Of a stretch of 64,000 nucleotides of DNA, positions 1 through 9,111 are shown in pieces. The DNA comes from a virus. The stretch is taken from positions 1 through 64,000 of IMG/VR virus record IMGVR_UViG_3300024509_000014. One strand, 5' to 3'. Within the stretch, counting starts at the first letter, position 1; every line of letters starts with the position of its first letter. Made by a program: the position numbers and the translations under genes. Below the pieces are notes generated by a model. The model had not been told where the DNA came from and did no database searches. It was given only the letters and a program-made list of their open reading frames with translations.

Positions 1-1098
1 GTGTCCAAGAAGTGGCTGGACAAGTGCATCACTTTTGATCAAGGCCTGGAAAGGCTTTACGACGGACGCAGCCAGACGGAAGATTTTGAGGCAACGATCA
101 CCCAGTTCCGTCCCGCTTTGACCGACTCTGGCCGTTTTGTCATCCGCGACCAGGCTTCCGGCAGGGATTTCAAGCCCACCCAACACGCCCTCAACCAGCT
201 TTCCCGCTGGGCAAATGTCGGCAACTTCCTGCCGACGAAGCTGTATGCCAGCACCGACACCCAAGATCACGAGACGCTGGTTCGTGTTTTTGAGAACGGT
301 CTGCGCCATCTTGATAGCGACAAGAACCTGTTCTGGCGTTGCCGTCAGGATGGCACCCTTCGCGCCGTCCTCAGCAACCGGTACATGGAGGTCAACAACG
401 AATGGTTCCTCAAGACCCTCCAGGAAATCATACCTGGCGGCATGTTGTCGCACTGGCGGGGGGATAGCGACACGATTTACGGCAACATCCTGATCCCAGA
501 TTCCATCCGGGAAGAGTCCGACAGCGACTACGGTGGAATGCTGTCTATCGGCAACTCCGAGGTCGGCACCCGTCACCTGTTCTCGTTGCCGTCTGTTTTC
601 CGGGCCATCTGCATGAACGGGTGCATCTGGGATCAGAAGAAGGGCGAATCCCTGAAGATGCGCCACAATGGCGAACCGGACTACGAAGTCCTGTATGTGG
701 CGATTCGACAAAATCTGGAAAACCAGATTCCCCTGTTGCCCCGCGGTATCGGTCAACTGCTAGATACCCGGGCCAAGAAATGGGACAGCGGTTCGATTTA
801 CCCGCTTTTCGCTGCCCTGGCTACCGAGTTCAAGATTGCCCGCGAACCCATCAGCAAGGTTTTGGGCGCCTACCAGGAAGAGTTGCTGGCGGCCGACTCC
901 AGCCGCAACAACCTGTTCGGGGTGATCAACGCCTTCACCCGGGCCGGGCAGGGTTTGTCCAACGAGCAATGGTACAGCTTTGATATCATTGGCGGCAAAC
1001 TGGCTGGTTTGTCCGGCAACGAGTGGGATGGTCTCCGCAACCGGGCTAGGGCTATGAAGACAGAGACCGTGGACAAAGTTCTTGGCCTGGCTTCCTAA
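1..1098 (+). CDS. DUF932-like phage/plasmid protein (possibly 5'-truncated by window edge)
   Basis: 365-aa ORF; segment GMLSIGNSEVG...PSVFRAICMNGCI and NLFGVINAFT resemble the DUF932 family pattern; followed by a terminator. Confidence 0.6.
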   Translation: MSKKWLDKCITFDQGLERLYDGRSQTEDFEATITQFRPALTDSGRFVIRDQASGRDFKPTQHALNQLSRWANVGNFLPTKLYASTDTQDHETLVRVFENGLRHLDSDKNLFWRCRQDGTLRAVLSNRYMEVNNEWFLKTLQEIIPGGMLSHWRGDSDTIYGNILIPDSIREESDSDYGGMLSIGNSEVGTRHLFSLPSVFRAICMNGCIWDQKKGESLKMRHNGEPDYEVLYVAIRQNLENQIPLLPRGIGQLLDTRAKKWDSGSIYPLFAALATEFKIAREPISKVLGAYQEELLAADSSRNNLFGVINAFTRAGQGLSNEQWYSFDIIGGKLAGLSGNEWDGLRNRARAMKTETVDKVLGLAS

Positions 1099-1120
1099 CT
1101 TAAAAAACAGTCTTAAAGAC

Positions 1121-1154
1121 AAGCCCGTCCGGATGATTCCGGGCGGGTTTTTTT
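1121..1154 (+). terminator. Rho-independent terminator
   Basis: AAGCCCGTCCGGA-TGAT-TCCGGGCGGGTT hairpin followed by a T run, 22 nt after the stop codon. Confidence 0.85.
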
Positions 1155-1160
1155 GTTGGC

Positions 1161-1203
1161 AAAAGAAAAGCCCCCGGGGATCATCACTCCCCGGAGGCCT
1201 TTT
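1161..1203 (-). terminator. Rho-independent terminator on minus strand
   Basis: Minus strand GGCCTCCGGGGA-GTGATGA-TCCCCGGGGGC then TTTTCTTTT; back-to-back with the + strand terminator. Confidence 0.7.
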
Positions 1204-1253
1204 GACTCTGCCAGAGGTTTCTGGCCGGAGAGTCATACCCCTTGCAGGATAGT
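1161..1253 (-). ncRNA. candidate ~90-nt small RNA
   Basis: Lies between a sigma70-like promoter and a terminator; internal hairpin GACTCT..GCCAGA/TCTGGC..AGAGTC; no ORF with a well-spaced RBS fits inside. Confidence 0.4.
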
Positions 1254-1259
1254 ACTTAA

Positions 1260-1288
1260 ACAATAGTTTTGAGGCTTTTTATCGGCAA
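1260..1288 (-). promoter_or_regulatory. sigma70-like promoter
   Basis: TTGCCG-17 bp-TATTGT on minus strand with an AT-rich upstream tract. Confidence 0.5.
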
Positions 1289-1432
1289 GGCGTAAAAAAA
1301 TAATTTTACTTATTGGCCGATTGAACAATAATGGAGTGTCGGCTCACGGGGGAAAGTAGCCGATAGGATGTTCGATTGTGTGTTTAATGTCGTACTTAGG
1401 TTTTGGGGGAACACTATTATTGGGGGGTTGTT

Positions 1433-1762
1433 ATGAAGACTAATTATCAGGTTTCACCAGAAGAGTTCATCATGGCTTGGGAGACCAGTGAGTCGGTTCC
1501 AGAAGTGGTTGAAAAATTGCGACGGGTTGCCAAGGCCAAAAACACTCAAAGTATGTCTAAAGATATAGTTTTATCTCGTGCGTCATCTTATCGTTCTCTG
1601 GGTGTGAATCTGAAAAAAATGAAACGGAAGCACGGCAAACCGATTGATGTCAAGGCCTTGAACAATCTGGTCTCCAGGATCAATCAGGGGGGCGGTCTGT
1701 TTGACAAGGATGTTGTGGCTATCGACTTGAGAAAAATGAGCAACGACAAGATCACCGCCTGA
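1433..1762 (+). CDS. hypothetical protein, possible small DNA-binding regulator
   Basis: ATG after G-rich RBS; PEEFIMAWETSES...RASSYRSLGVNLKKM basic helical pattern. Confidence 0.6.
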   Translation: MKTNYQVSPEEFIMAWETSESVPEVVEKLRRVAKAKNTQSMSKDIVLSRASSYRSLGVNLKKMKRKHGKPIDVKALNNLVSRINQGGGLFDKDVVAIDLRKMSNDKITA

Positions 1763-1834
1763 TTTTGTCTGGGGGGTCTGGTCTTCTGGGGTGGTGTATT
1801 CAATTACGCTATCCACCCCCAGAGGACTAGACCC

Positions 1835-2101
1835 ATGCCCAATCTCTATGGCAATCCTGTCGTTTCCGGGCAGATGATTCCGCACGGCAATGAAGCCCTG
1901 ACCCAGACAACCCAGGTCATCACCGATCAATTTTACGCTGAACAAAAGCAGATTCTTAAAAAGAAGGCTTTTGGTGTCGATTACTCCGTCCTGCCGAGCG
2001 GGACGGAAGCAGCCACCGTTTCTCAGGTGAGTGTGCGCCAGACCAACCCGCCAGCTGCATCTTCTCGCGGGTTTTTCTGTGTTGGCAACAGCATCGTCTG
2101 A
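1835..2101 (+). CDS. hypothetical protein
   Basis: GAGGA RBS, ATG, co-oriented with neighbours. Confidence 0.6.
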   Translation: MPNLYGNPVVSGQMIPHGNEALTQTTQVITDQFYAEQKQILKKKAFGVDYSVLPSGTEAATVSQVSVRQTNPPAASSRGFFCVGNSIV

Positions 2102-2115
2102 CCCGAGGTAAAACC

Positions 2116-2469
2116 ATGGATTTTTCCATTCTGATCAGCAAGTTGTTTGAAGCTCGTCAAGCAGCCCACAACGCCCATCTTGCCACTCGCTCTTACGCCG
2201 CCCACAAGGCCATGAATGAGTTTTACGATGGTATTCTGGAGATTGCCGACGAGTTGGCTGAGGTCATCCAGGGTGAATTTGGCCTGTTGTCCCTGAATGT
2301 GCAGGCGCCCCCTCCCAATGTTGACTTCGTGGTTTACCTCAAGGAATTGTGCGCCATCCTGAAGGCAGCCAACCAAATGATCCCGGGTGTCCAGAGCTAC
2401 CACCAGAACATCATCGACAATGCGCTGGCCCTGTCCTACAAGACCCTTTACCTGTTGACGCTTTCGTGA
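2116..2469 (+). CDS. ferritin/Dps-like four-helix protein (DUF5856-like)
   Basis: AHNAHLATRSYAAHKAMNEFYD...DELAE pattern resembles Dps ferroxidase-site helices; GAGG RBS. Confidence 0.65.
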   Translation: MDFSILISKLFEARQAAHNAHLATRSYAAHKAMNEFYDGILEIADELAEVIQGEFGLLSLNVQAPPPNVDFVVYLKELCAILKAANQMIPGVQSYHQNIIDNALALSYKTLYLLTLS

Positions 2470-2669
2470 GCCTGGTCGAGGGGAAGGATTATTATTTGGA
2501 AAACGGAAGTTATGTCCTGACAAGGACTTACCTTCTGAGCCGTGGAAAATGTTGCCACGGCGGGTGCCGCCACTGCCCCTACCCGGTCAATATGGGTAGG
2601 AGGACCCAGGATAATGAGTCAGATTGCGTATTTCGTGAAGGCGGCGAAGCGACCATCGACCCGGTTTGA
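2466..2669 (+). CDS. small Cys-rich protein (DUF5522-like)
   Basis: EGKDYYLENG..VLT..YLLSRGKCCHGGCRHCPY motif; GTG overlaps upstream stop. Confidence 0.7.
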   Translation: MSLVEGKDYYLENGSYVLTRTYLLSRGKCCHGGCRHCPYPVNMGRRTQDNESDCVFREGGEATIDPV

Positions 2670-2880
2670 TACGGCTACCGAGAGTTTGGTTTATTCTTTG
2701 ATGCCAGAAGCTCCGGTTTCGTCCAAGCAGATGGCAGATATTGTCCTCTCCTGGGTCAAGGAACATCCCGACGATGGCCCCATCCATGGAGGCGTCCGGG
2801 AGATCAGTCTGGCGATGGAGAATCTGCTCCTTCGGGGGTGGATTCAGACCTCGTTTTTGAAGGCTGCCGTAACCATTTGA
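2614..2880 (+). CDS. hypothetical protein
   Basis: AGGAGG upstream of ATG; 88 aa. Confidence 0.55.
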   Translation: MSQIAYFVKAAKRPSTRFDTATESLVYSLMPEAPVSSKQMADIVLSWVKEHPDDGPIHGGVREISLAMENLLLRGWIQTSFLKAAVTI

Positions 2881-2934
2881 CGGTGTATTGCTGGGTAGGT
2901 GTTATCCCTATCTGGCATCGCCGGAGGTACGGCC

Positions 2935-3231
2935 ATGGACACACAGACTGCGTTGCAAATCCTGGAAAGATTTGGCCTGCCAATCTTCCTGTTGTGTGTT
3001 TGCGGTTTCGCCTTGTATAAGGCGGCAATCTGGGCAGCCAACCGGATTTTTGTTCCAGTTGCTGAACGCCACATCAAATTCCTGGATGATGTCAGTTGCG
3101 CGGTAGATAAAATCACCGTCAACCAAGAAAATCTCGTCCGGAATATGGCTGATTTGTCGACCCATGTGAAAAATCACAGCCGTCGCATGTCTTCTCTTGA
3201 GAGAGTGACCGAAGAAACAAATGTAAACTGA
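2935..3231 (+). CDS. single-TM coiled-coil protein, holin-like
   Basis: GGAGG RBS; N-terminal ERFGLPIFLLCVCGFALY hydrophobic helix followed by a coiled-coil tail. Confidence 0.5.
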   Translation: MDTQTALQILERFGLPIFLLCVCGFALYKAAIWAANRIFVPVAERHIKFLDDVSCAVDKITVNQENLVRNMADLSTHVKNHSRRMSSLERVTEETNVN

Positions 3232-3242
3232 GGGGGTGACCC

Positions 3243-3422
3243 ATGTGTGCCAGTTACGAGGTGCATGGGACTCCACCGGAGAAAAAACGATCCGTCCGAC
3301 TAGCTAGCTATCCAGATCATGGTATCAATTGGCAAAAAGCCTGGAAAAAAGCTCAGGAATTTATTGAGGACGGGTATCGCAATGTCCGAGTTGTTGAAGT
3401 TCCAAGCTCAAATAATAATTGA
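3243..3422 (+). CDS. small hypothetical protein (59 aa, below ORF-track cutoff)
   Basis: GAGGGGG RBS then MCASYEVHGTPPEKKRSVRLASY...SSNNN*. Confidence 0.55.
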   Translation: MCASYEVHGTPPEKKRSVRLASYPDHGINWQKAWKKAQEFIEDGYRNVRVVEVPSSNNN

Positions 3423-3446
3423 TCGTTTGTAATATCCGACCTATCC

Positions 3447-3488
3447 TCCTATTGGGTGTTGCAATTGTGCTACCCAATAGGATTTTTT
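3447..3488 (+). terminator. hairpin / probable terminator
   Basis: TCCTATTGGGT...ACCCAATAGGA inverted repeat followed by TTTTTT. Confidence 0.6.
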
Positions 3489-3491
3489 GTT

Positions 3492-4208
3492 GTGATTTAC
3501 CCGAAAATCAGTTGCCTGTGCCCCACATACGGCAGGCCCCATGCTCTGGAAGAGGCGATGCACTCTTTCCTGCTCCAGGACTATCCTGGCCCCAAGGAGC
3601 TGGTGATTGTTAATGATTTACCGGAACAGGAACTGCGGTTTGACCATCCCGAGGTCAAGATAGTCAATCTTCCCGAACGGGTCGCCAATCTGGGTGAAAA
3701 ATTTAATCTGACCGCCAGGGAGGCGACTGGCGACATCTTGGCTGTCTGGGACGATGACGACATCTTCTTGCCGCACCGTTTGACTTATTCCTTTGAGGGG
3801 ATGTGGCGGGGGTTGTTCCACACCGGCCTTGGCTTTTACGAAGAAAAACCCCGTCACATTGAATATGCCAGCAACCTGTTCCACTCCTGCCTGATGCTGA
3901 CCAAGAAGGTCTTTTGGGATGTTGGTGGGTACCGGCATGTCGACTGGTGTGGGGCCGATTCCCTGCTGTTCCAGGATCTGATCCGTAGGTATGGCGAATT
4001 CTCAAAGACCATCCCGGACAAGGATCGTTTTTATATTTATCGCTGGTCATCCGTGCAGTCTTACCACGTCAGCGGCTGGTCTTCCGAAAAGGTCTCGTCT
4101 CTGGTGGAAGGCTTCATCAAGGAGCGCATCCTGTCGGGGCAGCTGCCCTCAGGAGTGGTCGATCTGGAGCCGCGCTGGTCCTACGACTACACGGAGTTCC
4201 TCCCTTGA
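3492..4208 (+). CDS. glycosyltransferase family 2 (GT-A)
   Basis: ISCLCPTYGR, ELVIVND, GDILAVWDDDD (DxD) motifs. Confidence 0.85.
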   Translation: MIYPKISCLCPTYGRPHALEEAMHSFLLQDYPGPKELVIVNDLPEQELRFDHPEVKIVNLPERVANLGEKFNLTAREATGDILAVWDDDDIFLPHRLTYSFEGMWRGLFHTGLGFYEEKPRHIEYASNLFHSCLMLTKKVFWDVGGYRHVDWCGADSLLFQDLIRRYGEFSKTIPDKDRFYIYRWSSVQSYHVSGWSSEKVSSLVEGFIKERILSGQLPSGVVDLEPRWSYDYTEFLP

Positions 4209-5281
4209 TCAATGTCTGCTCACCGGTCAACGAACTTGGCTATGGCACGGTCGGTCGCAACCTCGTGAAGGCGATGATTGAGATCGGCGTCAAGCCAGCC
4301 CTGTTTCCCATCGGCAATGCCGTGGTCGCCAACAGCGAAATGGCGGCGTTCGCCAAGGCTGTGGAGCGGGCCAAGTTCTACAATCCGCACCACCCGTCCT
4401 TCCGCCTCTGGCACGCCTGGGATTTGTCGCAGCACCCCACTAAGTCCAAGCGTTCCGCGGCGACCTTCTTTGAGCTGGATTCCTTGAAGCACGAGGAAAT
4501 CTACCAACTCAGCCAGATGGATTGCGTGTTTGCGTTCGGAGAGTGGTCCGCTGATGTGATGAGGCGGTCAGGCATGACAGCCAGAATCGAGACCATTCAT
4601 TGCGGCGTGGACCGCAACATCTTCGGCGATAAACCCCTCCCCCAAGAAGGCCCCACCCGCTTCATCAACGCAGGCAAGTGGGAAATCCGCAAGGGTCACG
4701 ACCTATTGCTCCAGGCTTTCCTGAAGGCATTCAGGCCGGATGACGATGTCGAATTGGTCATGTTGTGTGACAACCCGTTCCTGACGCCTGAAGAGACCAA
4801 CGAGTGGGTGGACTACTACAAGAAATCCAAGCTTGGCGACAAGATACGCATCCCCATGCGCTTGGAGACACAGAACGAGGTGGCAGCCCTGTTTGCGTCG
4901 GCGCACTGCGGGGTTTTCCCGAGCCGCGGGGAAGGATGGAACCTGGAAGCCCTCGAGCTGCTTTCGATGGGGCGTCATGTTATCGCCACGGCCTGCACCG
5001 CCCACCTTGATTATTTGACCAAGCAAAACGCCACCCTCATCCCCACAGGTCCCCTTGAACCTGCCTATGACGGGAAGTGGTTCACGGGGCAGGGGAGATG
5101 GTATCAGTTGCGGGAATCCGCAATAGACGAGACCGCAAAAGCCATGAGGGCGATCCACGAGCAGCGTCAACAGGAAAAGCTGACCATAAACGAAGCCGGT
5201 ATTGAGACCGCCAAAAGTCTCTCCTGGGAGAGTGCCGCCAGAAAAATTTGTTCTGTTTTAGGAGTTATCGATGGGGTGTGA
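4205..5281 (+). CDS. glycosyltransferase family 4 (GT-B)
   Basis: GYG N-terminal loop, GKWEIRKG, FPSRGEGWNLEALE (E-x7-E). Confidence 0.88.
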   Translation: MINVCSPVNELGYGTVGRNLVKAMIEIGVKPALFPIGNAVVANSEMAAFAKAVERAKFYNPHHPSFRLWHAWDLSQHPTKSKRSAATFFELDSLKHEEIYQLSQMDCVFAFGEWSADVMRRSGMTARIETIHCGVDRNIFGDKPLPQEGPTRFINAGKWEIRKGHDLLLQAFLKAFRPDDDVELVMLCDNPFLTPEETNEWVDYYKKSKLGDKIRIPMRLETQNEVAALFASAHCGVFPSRGEGWNLEALELLSMGRHVIATACTAHLDYLTKQNATLIPTGPLEPAYDGKWFTGQGRWYQLRESAIDETAKAMRAIHEQRQQEKLTINEAGIETAKSLSWESAARKICSVLGVIDGV

Positions 5282-5675
5282 CCTCCAGGTAGCCGTGGCT
5301 CTGGCCTGTGTTCCGTTCGGGACAAACGGCGAGATCAAGTTTCTGGTGTCCAAAGAACAGCCCTACCGAATGCCAACAACTTCGGCTGTCCCAGGACAAG
5401 AGCCGTTGCAGACCACCTCGGATTTCCTGCGCAGGCTGGTTGGTGTCGGCGCCAGGATCGGGGACAAGGGCTGGGTCGAGATGCGTCTGGGTGCCGTGGT
5501 CACCCTGTCGGTCGAACCATGGTCCATCCTGTTGGTCTATGGCGGTATGGTTCCTGAAGAGTTGGCTGTTCGAGAGGAGGGTTACGAATGGAAAACATGG
5601 ACAAGCCTAGGAAGGCAAGGCGTGGCCGACCCGCTGCACCTAAGCAACATGCTGATGGCGGCACAAAAAATCTGA
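5271..5675 (+). CDS. hypothetical protein
   Basis: ATG overlapping upstream gene end, GGAG RBS. Confidence 0.55.
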   Translation: MGCDLQVAVALACVPFGTNGEIKFLVSKEQPYRMPTTSAVPGQEPLQTTSDFLRRLVGVGARIGDKGWVEMRLGAVVTLSVEPWSILLVYGGMVPEELAVREEGYEWKTWTSLGRQGVADPLHLSNMLMAAQKI

Positions 5676-6004
5676 ATGATGTCCAGATCAAGGTGCATTT
5701 TATCCTCGACGGTGACGACATTCGATGCACCATGGATGTGCCCCATCCCGAGACAACTTCGGAGGCGGTCGACAACGCCGAAAAGCTTGGCACGCTGCTG
5801 GCTCTGATTCAGACAGGCAAAATCTTGCCGGTCGTGAACTTCGCCATAGCCCGCTGCGGAATCATCAATGACCGCGTGGCCGAGTTTGAGTACGCCATGA
5901 AGGCCATGCATGTGGGTATGTCCTTGGGGTTGCCTGGAGCCGACAACAAGGAAGTGCCCGTAGTCAGTCCAACCGACGCTTTTCTTTTCAGGAAGGAATC
6001 TTGA
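5588..6004 (+). CDS. hypothetical protein (start uncertain)
   Basis: Fills the gap before thyX; GAGGAGG upstream of ATG. Confidence 0.55.
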   Translation: MENMDKPRKARRGRPAAPKQHADGGTKNLNDVQIKVHFILDGDDIRCTMDVPHPETTSEAVDNAEKLGTLLALIQTGKILPVVNFAIARCGIINDRVAEFEYAMKAMHVGMSLGLPGADNKEVPVVSPTDAFLFRKES

Positions 6005-6007
6005 CCG

Positions 6008-6802
6008 ATGTCAGCCAGAGTGATCGCCGACTCCATCAATCCGGCTGGCAACCGGATCACCACGCTTGTCGTCCGTTTTCCCAGATTCATCCTAGCGGAA
6101 TGGAATACGCACCGGCTGTTTTCGCGCAACGCTGCCTCCAGCCGGGCGATCCCGACCGCCAAGATCATTGAGCAGGTTGAAAAAGATCCGGCTATGCCTG
6201 TGCATTGGGGAAAAAATCAATCTGGCATGCAGGCTCACGCCGAGCTTTCTCCAGCCGACCAACCGGTTGCCGAGACCATCTGGCTCCAGGCCAGAAACAA
6301 TGCGGTGATCAAGGCGAGGGAAATGCTCTCAATCAATGTCCACAAGCAGATCGTCAATCGGCTGCTGGAACCATGGATGCAGGTCAGCGTGCTGGTGACT
6401 GCCACAGAATGGCAGAATTTCTTCAAGCTGCGCTGCCACCCGGATGCCCAGCCAGAAATACAGAAGGTTGCTTACGAGATAAGGGACGCAATGGAGGCCA
6501 GCGTGCCAGCTTTCCTGAATCCAGGGGAGTGGCACATCCCCTTTGGTGACCGCTGCGAGGGTCTGACCAACGAGGAGCGACTCAAGGTGGCCACCGCCCG
6601 CGCCGCCCGACTCTCCTACGAAACCTTCGATGGCCAAATTGACCCACAGAAGGATTTTGCTCTCCACGACAGCCTGGCAGAGTCGGGACACTGGTCCCCC
6701 TTTGAGCATTCGGCCGTGGCGTTGATGGCCGATATCGGTGTAGGCAATTTCCGGGGCTGGAAACAGTACCGGAAGTTCTTCGCTGGAGAGGACGGCAGAT
6801 GA
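6008..6802 (+). CDS. thyX: FAD-dependent thymidylate synthase ThyX
   Basis: RFILAEWNTHRLFSRNAASSR (RHRxxSxxxxSxR variant), NFFKLRC..AQPEI, ARLSY, GHWSPFEH. Confidence 0.9.
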   Translation: MSARVIADSINPAGNRITTLVVRFPRFILAEWNTHRLFSRNAASSRAIPTAKIIEQVEKDPAMPVHWGKNQSGMQAHAELSPADQPVAETIWLQARNNAVIKAREMLSINVHKQIVNRLLEPWMQVSVLVTATEWQNFFKLRCHPDAQPEIQKVAYEIRDAMEASVPAFLNPGEWHIPFGDRCEGLTNEERLKVATARAARLSYETFDGQIDPQKDFALHDSLAESGHWSPFEHSAVALMADIGVGNFRGWKQYRKFFAGEDGR

Positions 6803-7422
6803 GAAACAAGATTCAATGGCTTAAGTGGGTCGATCCGCTGCGCTGGCAGGACACCAAAGACCCAGAGCTTTCTGGCGAACAGTCCACCACCGACTCTTTT
6901 TCCGAGGACGACAACGACGGCGACCAGTCCCGTCATGTTCGCATGATCGCTGGTCCCTATGGCCTTGTTCCCGTTGGCGAACACGGGTTGTCGAGCAAGC
7001 TGTACAAACTCTGGGTCGCCCACACCAACTTCGACATCACCGAATCGGTTGTCGAGTCTGTCGAGCAAATTCCTGGCGTTGAGATCCTCAGGGTCTGGAC
7101 GCGGTACAGGATGTGGATTGGCATAGGCAACCTGTTTGACACGACCGAGGTGCAAAAGGCTATCGACTATGCCTTGTGCGGGGAACCGGAGCCTCCCCCG
7201 CCCAAACCAATCAGTAAAAAGCAGGACGCCGCCATCAATATCCTCGTCAAGAGGATGCAAAAGGAACACAAGAATGAAGCTTGGGCTATTTGTCGATTAC
7301 CGGACGGGACTTTGTGGGCTGGTACTGGAGCCGATTCGGAAACTGTTATCCAGACCATTGCCGACCAGGGGCTTGACGGCAGCATCGTCGCCTCCAGCTG
7401 GGAGAAAAGTGGTCGTGCGTGA
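6799..7422 (+). CDS. hypothetical protein
   Basis: ATGA overlap with thyX; 207 aa. Confidence 0.7.
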   Translation: MRNKIQWLKWVDPLRWQDTKDPELSGEQSTTDSFSEDDNDGDQSRHVRMIAGPYGLVPVGEHGLSSKLYKLWVAHTNFDITESVVESVEQIPGVEILRVWTRYRMWIGIGNLFDTTEVQKAIDYALCGEPEPPPPKPISKKQDAAINILVKRMQKEHKNEAWAICRLPDGTLWAGTGADSETVIQTIADQGLDGSIVASSWEKSGRA

Positions 7423-7930
7423 GGTAACCAACCAGCAGCTCAAAGACGCCATGGCTGTTGAGGACAACCGCAACATCATGCGGAAGGTCACCTCCAAATA
7501 CGCCGGCCTGATCAACGCAGACGATCTGGACACATGCAGCCTTAATGCCCTGTGGCGCACCCTCCAGTGCCATGACCCGTCTTACAACCAGAAGTTCACG
7601 ACCAGCCTGTTCCGGTTTTGCGAATGGGAATGCCAACGCGAGTTGCGAAAAAAGCGCACCAAGGTTGTGTCCATGACTGTGCCTATTGAGAATGCCTCCC
7701 CCGCTGAAATCGGCGAGGAGACCTTCCCTTCCGTCGACGAGGAATGGGTCAGGGAGGCGATCAGCCAGCTGGATGAGGAAGACCGCAACATTATCCAGTT
7801 TTACTTCATTGAGAACCACAGCCTGCGGGAAGTTTCTGCCAGATTTGGTTTGTCCAAGCAGGCGGCCAGAAAACGCAAGGCTGAGGCGATGCAAAAATTG
7901 AAGGAACGCCTAGAGAGCTGTTCTGGTTAG
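7415..7930 (+). CDS. phage sigma-70 family RNA polymerase sigma factor (regions 2 and 4)
   Basis: Region 2-like DDLDTCSLNALWRTLQCHDPS..KFTTSL; region 4 AISQLDEEDRNIIQFYFIENHSLREVSARFGLSKQ HTH. Confidence 0.8.
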   Translation: MREVTNQQLKDAMAVEDNRNIMRKVTSKYAGLINADDLDTCSLNALWRTLQCHDPSYNQKFTTSLFRFCEWECQRELRKKRTKVVSMTVPIENASPAEIGEETFPSVDEEWVREAISQLDEEDRNIIQFYFIENHSLREVSARFGLSKQAARKRKAEAMQKLKERLESCSG

Positions 7931-7939
7931 TATCGGTAG
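7921..7939 (+). promoter_or_regulatory. conserved intergenic motif copy 1 (putative phage promoter)
   Basis: TTCTGGTTAGTATCGGTAG, 18/19 identical to 17908-17926. Confidence 0.55.
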
Positions 7940-7970
7940 CTCGGCGGAATGTCCTTACCAGGAGAGATAT

Positions 7971-8228
7971 ATGGCTACCAATGTCGACCAAGTCAAGCGT
8001 TATGTTGAAATCGTTGTCAGCGCAGCTGGATGGATTCAGAAGATGATCCCCGGCCAAGCCGACGACAAGGCAATCGAGGCCCTGACCAAGCTGGCCAGCC
8101 AGCCCTGGTTCGCCGAATTCGCCACCTACATTCTGAACCTGTTTGAGGATGGCAAGGAACCTTCCTTGGCCGAACTCAACCTGGCCCTGACCCAATTTGT
8201 TCCCACCAAGATCGGCCCTGTCAACTGA
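7971..8228 (+). CDS. small amphipathic hypothetical protein
   Basis: AGGAG RBS; 85 aa helical. Confidence 0.7.
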   Translation: MATNVDQVKRYVEIVVSAAGWIQKMIPGQADDKAIEALTKLASQPWFAEFATYILNLFEDGKEPSLAELNLALTQFVPTKIGPVN

Positions 8229-8236
8229 GGTGACCC

Positions 8237-9055
8237 GTGCGTAAGGCTTTCCTTGCCCTGTCGTTTGTCCTGTCTTTTGCGCTAGGCGCTTTTGCGCAAG
8301 ACAAATACCCCCTGCCTCAGCAGTCGATTGTCGGTGCGGAAAAGCCTGTGCCGCTTGGCGAACTGGTTGATCTTGGCTTGTCACCGATTGAGAATAAGCC
8401 AGCCAATCTTGTCTCATCCAGCGTCGATTGGAAGGTGTTTGAGGGGAACACCCCCAAACGCGTTCGTCCAACCGGCGACGGGATTTTCTTTGGCGCTGGT
8501 GTCACGCCGAAAAAACTACTTGTCATTGCGTCCGTCAGTTACTTATATGTAACTAAGGAGGGCGACAAGATCACAGATGCTCAGACCAGGATCAAAGTCC
8601 TGACCGCTGAGCTACAAATTGGCCAGTCCGAACCGATCCCGGGTCCAACTCCCAACCCCACCCCAGGCCCGGGACCCGCTCCGACCCCCACCCCCACCCC
8701 AACGCTGCCGGACGGGCGGTTCGGGCTGGCCAAAACCACCTACCTGTTAGCCACATCCAAGGTCGCTGCCCCGCGAGACAAGGCCGCATCGGTTTTGTCG
8801 GAAGCCTTTGAGTCCATCGCTTCTTCCGTGGCCGCTGGCGCCTACAAGACCGGCGACGCCATCCTGAAAGCGACCAAGGATGCCAACAACTCGGCTTTGG
8901 CCTCGGCCAACCTGACCCCGGAGCCGTGGGAGGAATTTGGCAACGAACTACAGAAAGTTTTGTACGACATGTACAAGACTAAAAAAATCACCACCGCCGA
9001 AGACTACGCCGATGCTTGGCGGGAGATTGCCACCGGCCTGAAAGCCGTGAAATAA
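8237..9055 (+). CDS. exported protein with signal peptide and Pro/Thr linker
   Basis: MRKAFLALSFVLSFALGAFA Sec signal; PTPNPTPGPGPAPTPTPTP linker between two domains. Confidence 0.8.
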   Translation: MRKAFLALSFVLSFALGAFAQDKYPLPQQSIVGAEKPVPLGELVDLGLSPIENKPANLVSSSVDWKVFEGNTPKRVRPTGDGIFFGAGVTPKKLLVIASVSYLYVTKEGDKITDAQTRIKVLTAELQIGQSEPIPGPTPNPTPGPGPAPTPTPTPTLPDGRFGLAKTTYLLATSKVAAPRDKAASVLSEAFESIASSVAAGAYKTGDAILKATKDANNSALASANLTPEPWEEFGNELQKVLYDMYKTKKITTAEDYADAWREIATGLKAVK

Positions 9056-9062
9056 CTTGTCG

Positions 9063-9111
9063 TTCTGTCCGGAGCCTACTCCGGACAGATGACCGTTATG
9101 TCCGGACAGAA
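9063..9111. repeat. inverted plus direct repeat with two alternative 11-bp stems
   Basis: TCTGTCCGGA arm is complementary to two copies of TCCGGACAGA (9080-9089, 9101-9110). Confidence 0.75.

Noticed and set aside
760-1263. 167-aa minus-strand ORF as the product of the minus-strand promoter
   Set aside because: Runs through two terminators and antisense into the DUF932-like gene; no well-spaced RBS
7136-7414. Long N-terminal extension of the sigma factor in the ORF track
   Set aside because: Overlaps the upstream gene by ~280 nt; a GTG with GGAG RBS at 7415 is more plausible
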